Positions 8,980-17,295 of a stretch of 26,915 nt of DNA are shown here, piece by piece. Numbering within the stretch: position 1 is the first letter of the stretch; each line of letters opens with the position of its first letter. Position numbers and translations under genes: made by a program. The notes beneath the pieces were generated by a model that saw nothing but the letters and a program-made list of their open reading frames with translations, did no database searches and was not told the origin of the DNA. The stretch comes from Planctomycetota bacterium (lineage in GTDB: Bacteria; Planctomycetota; SZUA-567; H5-PLA8), in assembly GCA_045863855.1 (NCBI GenBank), contig BTVV01000081.1, positions 1 through 26,915 of the forward strand, written 5' to 3'.

Positions 8980-9519
8980 GAATTTCTTTTCCGGAAATGC
9001 GACATAAATTGCATCAACAACTCCCACGCGTTCGTCGCCGATCCGCTTTCGCGCATCGTTTCACGGCCCGCGCGCCAAACTTAGACCAACCGCATTAAGA
9101 GTCGTTTAACTATTTCATAATAAACAAGTTACACCATCATGCTCCACACGCGCCTTGGGCTCGTCGTGCGCTTTGTGCGCTCCGAAAAAAGTCCGCGCGC
9201 GAAGCCCGTTTCGTCCAGGAAGTACCTCGCACAGCGCCTTACTCAATTCATAGTCGAGCGTTCCCATGATGCTCGAATTTGCAAGCGCTCCGCGCAAAAA
9301 ATTCAGTGCATTTCGGTAATCTAATGCGCTTCCCCAGCGCTCGGCGCGCAGGCTTTCCTAAGCTTAAAAAACCCCAAGCTTGGCGCTGCTCTGCACTGCG
9401 GAAAGTCGCCCGCCTTTATACGAAACCTAACGAGACTCTCCCGTCTCGCTCGGCCTTCATGTTTAGTCCATACCAAGGTGAGGAATCAACCTTGCACGTA
9501 GTGCAAGCCGAGGCGGCGC

Positions 9520-10998
9520 CTACTTTCCAATACAGAATTGGGTAAAAATACGGTCCAGCAACGACTCGGTCAGTGCATCGTGGCGCAGGAAGACGCCATC
9601 GGCTTCCACTAAGGCGTGGACGGCTTCACGAAGTTCCACCGCCGCCGCATCTTCACCCAGCCCCGCCGCCAGCGCCTCGCCCGCTCGTTCCAGGGCCTCG
9701 GTCGCCGCCTGGAGCGCACGCCGGGCCGCCGCCGCCCCAGCCTGCCGCGCCGCGGCAACCCGCCCGTTCAGCGCGCGCTGCTGCTCGTACAACCACACCC
9801 GCAGCTCTTCTAACCCTAAGCCGGAATGCGCTGAGACGGCCAGCGCCGCCGCAAAGCGGTCGTCCATGCCGGTTTTGAGCCGGTGCTCGAGTTCCCGCGC
9901 CTCCGCGCTATCCGGACGCGGCGCGAGATCGGCTTTGCTCCAAAGAATCCGGCTCGCCGCGGGGCGTGCGTTCAGCGCCCGCGCATCGAGCGCTGCGCAA
10001 GCCTCGAGCGCCTCAGGTGCGTCGGCGGGGAACACCCAGAGCAGCAGATCGGCCGCGCGCGCGGCGCGCGCCGTGGCGTCCTGCGCGAGGGTGACGAGCG
10101 ACGCTCCGCCCTGAGCGGCCCCCAAGCCGGCGGTATCGACGAGCGTCAACGTGGAACCGTCCGCGCCGATGAGCGGCGCCTCGACGGGATCGCGGGTCGT
10201 ATGCGCCGCGGCATCCACCAGCGCCCGTTCGCGCCCCAGGAGCGCATTAAAGAGCGAACTTTTCCCCGCGTTGGCCGGCCCAACCAGGACCGCGCGCGGC
10301 GCACGCTGAGCGGCGGCGGCCGGTTCGCCCGCCTCGAGGTTCGCGGCTTGGCGCGCCCGAACGGCCAACCCGCGCACGCGGGCGAGCAACTCCGGCCGGT
10401 CCATGAAATGCGCGTCTTCTTGGCTGAAGTCGAGGCCCAGTTCGAGCAGCCCCAGCAGCGCCTCGAGATCCTCGCGCAACGCCTGGCGTTCGGAGCGTTC
10501 CTGACCGGCCGATCGGGCGGCTAAAGCGCGCGCGGAATTGGCGTCGGCGGCGGCAATCAGCGCGCCCACCGCTTCGGCCTGGGCCAGCGTCAGGCGGCCG
10601 TTGAGCAGCGCGCGGCGTGTAAACTCGCCCGGTTGCGCGGCGCGCGCGCCGGTGGCCAGGAGCGCGTCGAGGAGTTCGGCGACCAGAACAGGGAGTGCGG
10701 GCACGTGCAGTTCCACGACATCCTGTCGCGTATACGAGTGCGGCCCGGGCATGACCCAGGCCTGGGCGGAGATGCGCCGCCCCTGGAGCTTCAATTTTCC
10801 GGAGAGCCGCCGCCAGCCGCGCCCGGGCAGCGTGCAAAAGCCCGGGCCTGCACCTGGAATTTCAAGGACCGTTGCGGCGAGTTCCAGCGCTCGTGGCCCC
10901 GAGAGGCGCACGATGGCCCGATAGGCTTCCCCCGGCCGCGCGGCCGTCGGCAGGGTGCTCGAAAGCGCCACAATAGTGTCGGTTAAACGCGGATCCAT
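9520..10998 (-). CDS. mnmE: tRNA modification GTPase MnmE/TrmE
   Basis: Start moved to ATG 10998 (MDPRLTDTIVALSS). IVRLSGP, PHSYTRQDVVELH, PGEFTRRALLNGR, GPANAGKSSLFN, TTRD, DTAG, terminal FCIGK. Confidence 0.95.
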   Translation of the reverse strand: MDPRLTDTIVALSSTLPTAARPGEAYRAIVRLSGPRALELAATVLEIPGAGPGFCTLPGRGWRRLSGKLKLQGRRISAQAWVMPGPHSYTRQDVVELHVPALPVLVAELLDALLATGARAAQPGEFTRRALLNGRLTLAQAEAVGALIAAADANSARALAARSAGQERSERQALREDLEALLGLLELGLDFSQEDAHFMDRPELLARVRGLAVRARQAANLEAGEPAAAAQRAPRAVLVGPANAGKSSLFNALLGRERALVDAAAHTTRDPVEAPLIGADGSTLTLVDTAGLGAAQGGASLVTLAQDATARAARAADLLLWVFPADAPEALEACAALDARALNARPAASRILWSKADLAPRPDSAEARELEHRLKTGMDDRFAAALAVSAHSGLGLEELRVWLYEQQRALNGRVAAARQAGAAAARRALQAATEALERAGEALAAGLGEDAAAVELREAVHALVEADGVFLRHDALTESLLDRIFTQFCIGK

Positions 10999-11004
10999 GG
11001 GGCC

Positions 11005-11013
11005 ATGGTAGCA
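11005..11013 (-). promoter_or_regulatory. Extended -10 element, probable leaderless mnmE promoter
   Basis: Minus strand TG-C-TACCAT, then 6 nt, then ATG. No Shine-Dalgarno. Confidence 0.5.
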
Positions 11014-11088
11014 TCTGGCGTGCGTTTGCGTTTTGAGATTTGGAACAGGCCGCGATCGGAGCAGCAAGCGTCTTAGCACGATCGCAGA

Positions 11089-11134
11089 AGTGGAGACCGC
11101 GGCCGGACTCGAACCGGCGAATATCGGTTTTGCA
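11089..11134 (-). repeat. Displaced 3' half of tRNA-Cys (att site, direct repeat of 17294-17339)
   Basis: AGTGGAGACCGCGGCCGGACTCGAACCGGCGAATATCGGTTTTGCA matches 17294-17339 at 44/46. Identity stops in the anticodon loop. Confidence 0.95.
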
Positions 11135-11460
11135 TGGCCCCGGAATTTCATACGACTATTCAAAAAGAAGTTCGGGCGCTTTTCGAAAGGCCTTGGCGCT
11201 CCGCTTGTTTGGCGGACCAAATCGTGGCTCCCAAGCCTCTACATTTGCGACGACAGTTGGGGACTTTGCTTATGTGACCTGCCTCCGATTTTCCTTCCTA
11301 CCTCCAGTTCAGCGCCAAAAGTGCAACAGTTACGTGGTTAGTGAAAAGCCTTTGGCGAGCTTCCAGGTGTAGATATTTCCGGACGCGTTGTTCGCTTGTC
11401 CTCCGTGTGACTGGATCTGCATGACCTGTCGGCGTTTCGGACTCCGGCCAAGGAGGCTTC

Positions 11461-14400
11461 ATGTCCACTAGTAAATGTGCTTTCGGCATTTCCTTCGTCC
11501 TCTCACTGGCAGCAGCGAGTACTGGCCTTCTCGGGTCGGAAGACGCGATGAGTACACGCGCAGACCGGTTGGCCTCGTACGCCCATGCGCCCGCAGGCGT
11601 ATGCTGCGTCGTGAATTCGGGGGATGGCGTGCTCGCCGCCGCGCTGGCGCGCCGCACCGGCATGATCGTCTTCGCCACGGAGGATCGTGCCGACAAGCTT
11701 GCGCTCACCCGCGAAACCGCGCGCGCATCGGGCTTGCTCGGAACCCGGTTCTTCGCCGATGAAGGCTCGCCCTCCCGCATTCCCCTTTCGAACGACTATG
11801 CCGACCTGGTCATCATGGCTGAGCTTGAGGACGGCGCGCTGGCGACGGTGCCGCTGGACGAGATCAAGCGCGTGCTTGCGCCCAAGATCGGCCGCGCGCT
11901 GATTGGCCGGGGCGCATGGGCAGGCGGGGACAAGAAACTGACTCGCACGGCGTTGGAAGCGTGGGCCAACAAGGCAGAGGGTGTCTCGGTTCGCGAAGAT
12001 GCCGACGGACTCTGGGCCGTCGTGGAAAAACCCGCCAAGAATGGCGCGGATAACTGGAGCTACTGGAACCATGGCGCGGACAACAACCCCGCGAGTCTTG
12101 ATACGGCGTACGGCGGCCCCGAATCCATTCAGTGGATCGGGCGTCCGTTTCAGACCGGCATGTCGGTCCTGTATTTGTCGGCGGGTGGGCGGGTATTTCT
12201 AGCCTACAGCGGCGACCGGTTCTCGGGCAATGTGGGCTGGCCGCGCTACGGTCCTGAAGACGCCATCGAGACCAAGGAACGCCAGATTCACGCCCTGGAA
12301 GGTTACAACGGTCGGCTGCTCTGGTCGCGCAAGCTGCCTTCAACACCCTGGTTCAGCTACCACGCCTTTGCGTATTCCATCTGGGTGGCGACGGACGAGG
12401 CGTTCTACTACGGCGAAACCGAGGATATTGTCACGCTTGACGCCCGGTCCGGCGTGGAAACCGGCCGCATCAAGGCCACGGACAAGGGTCAAACCATCTA
12501 CTGGCTGGCGGTCGAAAATTGCACCGCGTACGTGCTTACCGGCGAAGGCAAAAAGGGGGGCGTCTACTCGGGGCAGCGCCTGGCCGCGTACAAGCTCGCC
12601 ACCCAGGAACGCCTGTGGGAGCACCTGGAACCGACGGCCATCGACGCGCACGCCGTCGCCATGTCCGGCGGGCGTGTGAACTTCTTCGCGGGCGAAAAGC
12701 GCGCCGCGGCTCTGGACGCCGCCACCGGCCGCGAAGTGTGGAGCAACGAGAAGCTCGACCAGCCCGCCGCCAAAGCGGTGAAGTGGAGCCCGGTCACCTC
12801 GCGAATGATCTGCTTCGACGACCGCGTAGCGATCCTGAACGTGACCCGCGGCCTGATAGTGCTCTCGGGCAAGGATGGCAGTGAGCTCTGGCGCAAGGAA
12901 CGCGGCCTTTCGCGCGCGTTCGGCAACGGCGCGATGGCCGAGACGGGCGAAGTGTTGCTCACGAACTTGATCCCAAAGCTGGCCTCGATGAAATCCGAGA
13001 CCGGCGAAAAGGTCGCGGGCATGTTCGGGTTCTCCGGTTGCGGCCGGCTGATCTGCACCCCCCGCTACGCCATCGGGCAGCTCGGCAATGTTGTAGACAT
13101 GGAAGAGAAGAAGCCGGTCGCGCGCCAGTACATGAAGCCCGCGTGCGCGGTGGGCAACATTGTGGCGAACGGCCTCCGTTACAGCGCGCCGCATTGGTGC
13201 CGCTGCCTGAATCCATTCCGCGGCCTTCTGGCCTGGGGCCGCGGACCTGAAGCGGCCAAGCCCGCTTTCCCGCTCGAAGCCGGGGCACCCGCCCAACCGG
13301 CCGCGTTGGACGCAACGGCGGAAGACTGGACGCAGTACCGCCGGGACGGCGCGCATACCGGCGCATCGCCCGTCTCGGTGGGGTCGACCGCGCCCGTCGA
13401 ACAATGGCGGTTTGCACCGCCCACGGCATCGTTGCCCACGCCGGTTATCAGCGTCGGCGGATCGATATTTGCCGGCGGCGAGGACGGCATCGTCCGCGGC
13501 ATCGACGCGAAGACCGGGAAAGGCCTCTGGGAGTTCCCTACGGCCGGCAAAGTTTACTTTCCGCCCACGTATTCGGACGGAAGGGTGTACGTGGGCAGTT
13601 CCGACGGCCGCGTGTACTGCCTGGCGGCGGACACGGGCATGGCGCAGTGGCGTTTCCGCGCCGCGCCCGAGGATCGGCGCATGCTGGTGTACGACCGGCT
13701 AACCAGCCGTTGGCCCGTCAACTCCAACCTGGTCGTCGATAACGGCACCGTCTTCGCCTGCGCAGGCTTGGTGGACACCGAAGGCGTGTACGTGCACGCG
13801 CTGGACGCCCGGACCGGAAACGTGAAGTGGACCAACGATGCCCTCGGCAAGAGCGGCCACGGCATGGTGCCGATGGGCGCGATGGCCATGGCCAACGGGC
13901 GCCTGTGGTTGCGTACGGACCGCGGCCATCCCTCCTTCGATCCTGAAACAGGAGCGCTCGCCAAACTTCCGGCCGACGGCGGCGATTCCGCCGACGACGG
14001 CCCCGATGAGCCGGCGCCCAAAGCCGAAGATAAGAACGTCCCGGCGAACCTCACGCCGGAACCGCCCTCCCGGGAGCGGACCGGTATGGGCAAGGACATG
14101 GGCTTCTTCGCGGGCAAATACCTGATCGACGGAGGTCGCCGTCTGTATTCCGAGCAGTGCGACCGGGTCCAGTCGCGCTGCGACGCATTCGCACAGGCTC
14201 TGGATGCCTCCGGAACAGCGCTTTACCCGCGTTACATGCTCGCACGGCGAGGCGCGCCGATGTTCCTGATGCCCGCCTGGGACGACGAACTGCTGGTCTC
14301 GACGCTCGGCCACAAGCTGAGCGCGGTGCTGGTGAAGGAACAGCTCCGCTGCTTGGATGCGACGCGCGCCATGGACAAGGGCGTGCGCGCGGTGCTGCAA

Positions 14401-14697
14401 GCGCCGCCTGCCGCCCGGTGGACCGTGGCGTCGCCGCACCTCAACGCGCTGGCGCTGGCGCAAGATGCCGTGCTGATCCTGCAAGGCGTGGCGAAGGAGA
14501 TCAGCCCGGGGCTCTCCTCGCAGAAAACGGTCATGACCTCCTGGCGTCTGGCGGCGTTGAACCGCGAGGACGGCAAGGAATTGTGGAGCCTGACGGTGCC
14601 TTCGGAGCCGGTCTTCGACGGTCTGACCATCGACAGGAACGGGCGCATTCTGGTCGCGCTGGCGAACGGCACCATCGTCTGCTACGGGCAAAAATAA
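11461..14697 (+). CDS. Large secreted protein: class I methyltransferase-like N-domain plus two PQQ-like (BamB-type) beta-propellers
   Basis: AAGGAGG RBS and signal-peptide-like N-terminus. Degenerate MTase-like segment (VVNSGDGVLAAALA...IPLSNDYADLVI). Repeated LDA.TG...W propeller blades. WSYWNHGADNN and WTQYRRDGAHTG propeller lead-in motifs. Confidence 0.8.
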   Translation: MSTSKCAFGISFVLSLAAASTGLLGSEDAMSTRADRLASYAHAPAGVCCVVNSGDGVLAAALARRTGMIVFATEDRADKLALTRETARASGLLGTRFFADEGSPSRIPLSNDYADLVIMAELEDGALATVPLDEIKRVLAPKIGRALIGRGAWAGGDKKLTRTALEAWANKAEGVSVREDADGLWAVVEKPAKNGADNWSYWNHGADNNPASLDTAYGGPESIQWIGRPFQTGMSVLYLSAGGRVFLAYSGDRFSGNVGWPRYGPEDAIETKERQIHALEGYNGRLLWSRKLPSTPWFSYHAFAYSIWVATDEAFYYGETEDIVTLDARSGVETGRIKATDKGQTIYWLAVENCTAYVLTGEGKKGGVYSGQRLAAYKLATQERLWEHLEPTAIDAHAVAMSGGRVNFFAGEKRAAALDAATGREVWSNEKLDQPAAKAVKWSPVTSRMICFDDRVAILNVTRGLIVLSGKDGSELWRKERGLSRAFGNGAMAETGEVLLTNLIPKLASMKSETGEKVAGMFGFSGCGRLICTPRYAIGQLGNVVDMEEKKPVARQYMKPACAVGNIVANGLRYSAPHWCRCLNPFRGLLAWGRGPEAAKPAFPLEAGAPAQPAALDATAEDWTQYRRDGAHTGASPVSVGSTAPVEQWRFAPPTASLPTPVISVGGSIFAGGEDGIVRGIDAKTGKGLWEFPTAGKVYFPPTYSDGRVYVGSSDGRVYCLAADTGMAQWRFRAAPEDRRMLVYDRLTSRWPVNSNLVVDNGTVFACAGLVDTEGVYVHALDARTGNVKWTNDALGKSGHGMVPMGAMAMANGRLWLRTDRGHPSFDPETGALAKLPADGGDSADDGPDEPAPKAEDKNVPANLTPEPPSRERTGMGKDMGFFAGKYLIDGGRRLYSEQCDRVQSRCDAFAQALDASGTALYPRYMLARRGAPMFLMPAWDDELLVSTLGHKLSAVLVKEQLRCLDATRAMDKGVRAVLQAPPAARWTVASPHLNALALAQDAVLILQGVAKEISPGLSSQKTVMTSWRLAALNREDGKELWSLTVPSEPVFDGLTIDRNGRILVALANGTIVCYGQK

Positions 14698-14717
14698 GAG
14701 CCATGCCCGGCGAATCG

Positions 14718-15608
14718 TCAGCTCTGAATGGACTGGTCCCGGAATTCGGTGGGAGTCATCTGGAAATGTTTCCTGAATTGGCGACAGAAGAAATGCTGCG
14801 ATGAAAAGCCGCACTTCTGGCTGACTTCCTTGATCGAAGGCAATTCCTCTCCGGGGCGCAGGCGAAGCATCGAAAAGGCGCGTTCGAAGCGCGCGCGGAT
14901 CACGAGCTGTTTGACGCTGCGCCCGGTAAGCCGGCGCGCAAGCATGTTGAGCCGATCGGTAGACAGGCCGACGCCGCGCGCGAGTTCAGTGACGGTCCAG
15001 CCGCGCTGTGGATCGGCGTGGATCTGCTGCAGGACATGCGAAAGGCGCGTATCCTGAACCGGCGGCGCACCGGCAGGCACGGGGCGGCCCTTCCCGCTGG
15101 TCCAAGCGAAGAATTTCAGGGCGCCCACCAGTTGCAGCAGCGCGGACTCGTACTGCCACGGCACCGCGGGCGCGTCAAAGCGCAGTGCCGCGATCCGCTC
15201 GTATGCTTCTCGAACGCCCGGAGCCTGCTTCGCGCTGAAGACGGCGGGGACGTGGACCTCGGGCACTGGACCAAGGTAATCCTGCTGCATACGAATCGAG
15301 TAATGCTCGGGTGTCATACGAAATCCGAAGTGGCAGAACCAATAGGAGAGCGGACCGGCCAGGAGTTCCACCCGTACCAGCACCAGCGGCGGGATCAGTC
15401 CAAACTCGTCCGGCTTAAGGACGCTGCGTCGGCCGTCCGGCCAGACAAAGGCCATGCGCCCGGTGCGGATAAAGAAGATGTCGTAATCGGGAAAGAGCAT
15501 CCTGCGGAAAGGAATCTTGGTGGACCAATGATAGAGGTCGCAGGCTCCCGTGCAGGTCGGAATGCCTTTGGTCAGTCGGACGTACCGGGGTTCGTCCGCA
15601 ATGCGCAT
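14718..15608 (-). CDS. AraC-family transcriptional regulator
   Basis: N-terminal cupin-like sensor. C-terminal WTVTELARGVGLS...SIKEVSQKCGFSSQHFFCRQFRKHFQMTPTEFR. Confidence 0.93.
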   Translation of the reverse strand: MRIADEPRYVRLTKGIPTCTGACDLYHWSTKIPFRRMLFPDYDIFFIRTGRMAFVWPDGRRSVLKPDEFGLIPPLVLVRVELLAGPLSYWFCHFGFRMTPEHYSIRMQQDYLGPVPEVHVPAVFSAKQAPGVREAYERIAALRFDAPAVPWQYESALLQLVGALKFFAWTSGKGRPVPAGAPPVQDTRLSHVLQQIHADPQRGWTVTELARGVGLSTDRLNMLARRLTGRSVKQLVIRARFERAFSMLRLRPGEELPSIKEVSQKCGFSSQHFFCRQFRKHFQMTPTEFRDQSIQS

Positions 15609-15614
15609 ACGGCC

Positions 15615-15701
15615 ATTCTACCGGCCGTGCGATTCGTAAAAAGTGCAAATCAATGCTCTCCATGAAGAAGCATACTTCTACTCCAAATGTGCAAATGATG
15701 C
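15615..15701. promoter_or_regulatory. Divergent promoter region with candidate AraC direct-repeat sites
   Basis: Minus-strand TAGAAT (15615-15620) lies 6 nt before the AraC ATG. Direct repeats GTGCAAATCAATGC (15643) and GTGCAAATGATGC (15689). Confidence 0.45.
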
Positions 15702-15773
15702 GGTATAGGTCCAAAGACTTCGCGCCTCCCCCAATGGTACCTTGCGAATAGACCAATTGTGGAGGACGCGCGC

Positions 15774-16982
15774 ATGGTTTGGTCCAACGACGGCGGGCTG
15801 GCCTTACCCAGTGAAATCAAGGCGAAGGCTCGGGAAGGCTTGAGCCTAGTCGCCCACTGGGCCGCGCGGAATCAGGTGCGGCACCGCTGGCCGCACTGGT
15901 CGGCCAATACCGGGCGATTTCCGTACCACGTTCACCTGCCAAGCGGCGATCACTTCTGGTCCACTTCGTGGAATACGGCGCGCATGGTCCAGGGGCTCAT
16001 TTCCGCGTACTTGATCTTGAAGGAACCCGAGTTCCTCTACGCGGTGGAGTGCGGCATCGAATACATCAAGTCCATCCAGTTCTTTGGCCCGGAAGCGCCC
16101 GAGGCGCGGGGGTACTTCCTCGCGGAAACGCCGGTTTCCGAGCACGCGGGATCGCGGGACAGCATCGAGTGCGTTCAGGCGCTGCTCGCCCACTACTACC
16201 TCAGCAAAGACCCCGTTTCCCTTCAGCGCGCCCAAGCCTACCTGGACACCTTCGTGGCCAATCTGGATAACGGCACGTGGCCGGAAGGCCCCATGGTGGT
16301 CCTTCCACGGCTAAAGCCGTCCCATTTCATCCCACTTCCACGGGCCAGGCGGACTCTGGTACAGCGGTGGTGCGACTTCGTCTGTGCCCAGCCGTTGCTC
16401 CAATTGGCCGCCATCACCGGCGACGTGAAGTACCTCAAAGCGGCCAACACACTCGGCGACTGCATCCTCACGCATCTCTGCAAACACGACGGCAGGATCT
16501 GCGCGAAGGACAGCGGGCACCATACTTCCAGTCCGGACGGAGCCCTGGACAACGACGACGGCATCGTGCTCGCGCTTCTGGCGCTCCATCGAGTGACGGG
16601 CCGGAATTGCTTCCTGGATGCTTCCGTCGCCAATGCCGAATGGTGGATGCGGCGCGAAACGCTTCCGCCAAACTTCACTACGCTTTCTGTTCTCATGATG
16701 ATCATGGCCGATCTCGCACGCACGTCGGGTGAGACCTCCTTCGCCGATTTCATAGCGAAGCGCGCCCCGGAGTTCTTCGCCTTGCAGGTTCGGCGGGAGG
16801 AACGGCCGCTTGTGGCCGGAGCGTTCCGCGGCGAAGACATGGCGCATCACTACAGGCAAGGTTCCTCGGCCGCCGATTTCATTTCCTTGCGCAGCACCTC
16901 CTATGGCGCCTTGGCCCTTGGCCGCCTGGCCTGCGACTGCGGCCGCGATTGGAATCCCGCGTACTCGGCGTTTGGTTGGTGA
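15774..16982 (+). CDS. Cytoplasmic alpha/alpha-toroid-like protein (six-hairpin glycosidase/epimerase superfamily candidate)
   Basis: ATG 15774 lies 8 nt after GGAGG. Repeated helical hairpin motifs: ALLAHYYLSKDPVSLQRA, LLQLAAITGDVKYLKAA, DNDDGIVLALLALHRVTGRNCFLDAS, ADLARTSGETSF. Confidence 0.65.
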   Translation: MVWSNDGGLALPSEIKAKAREGLSLVAHWAARNQVRHRWPHWSANTGRFPYHVHLPSGDHFWSTSWNTARMVQGLISAYLILKEPEFLYAVECGIEYIKSIQFFGPEAPEARGYFLAETPVSEHAGSRDSIECVQALLAHYYLSKDPVSLQRAQAYLDTFVANLDNGTWPEGPMVVLPRLKPSHFIPLPRARRTLVQRWCDFVCAQPLLQLAAITGDVKYLKAANTLGDCILTHLCKHDGRICAKDSGHHTSSPDGALDNDDGIVLALLALHRVTGRNCFLDASVANAEWWMRRETLPPNFTTLSVLMMIMADLARTSGETSFADFIAKRAPEFFALQVRREERPLVAGAFRGEDMAHHYRQGSSAADFISLRSTSYGALALGRLACDCGRDWNPAYSAFGW

Positions 16983-17295
16983 GAGGGCGGAGAAACCAGG
17001 ACCTTCCTGATCAAGACCTCCAGTCCCTGTAGCTCACCCTATGGACCCGCATGAACGATCGGGTGAGCGAAAGCCTTCGGCCAAGTATAAATCTGAGTGA
17101 TTTCGAGGTGGATCTTACGAGTTACTTATTGCATCTATGCGAGGCGACCGGGATGCCGCCGAAGGTTGGAGTTGGTTTGTATTGACTTAACTCTATACTG
17201 GGCCTAGAGAAGAACCCGTTTTAACTTGGCGCTTTGCTTGGCGTCGGGTTCTAGGCTACTCGGCGGACCGTTACGAACTGCTTTCCCTTTTAGAG

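Noticed and set aside
8750..9519. oriC, dif or a riboswitch next to mnmE
   Set aside because: No TTATCCACA-type DnaA box cluster, no convincing XerC/XerD arms and no riboswitch consensus seen by eye. The short ORFs here lack coding signals.
11089..11134. A second tRNA-Cys gene or split tRNA
   Set aside because: Lacks the 5' acceptor strand, D arm and 5' anticodon stem, and has two substitutions. It is better explained as an att remnant.
10999..11220. 74-aa N-terminal extension of MnmE in the ORF track
   Set aside because: It reads through the tRNA fragment. MnmE homology starts at MDPRLTDTIVA (10998).
17005..17080. Hammerhead ribozyme (hairpin followed by GAAA)
   Set aside because: No correctly placed CUGANGA core.
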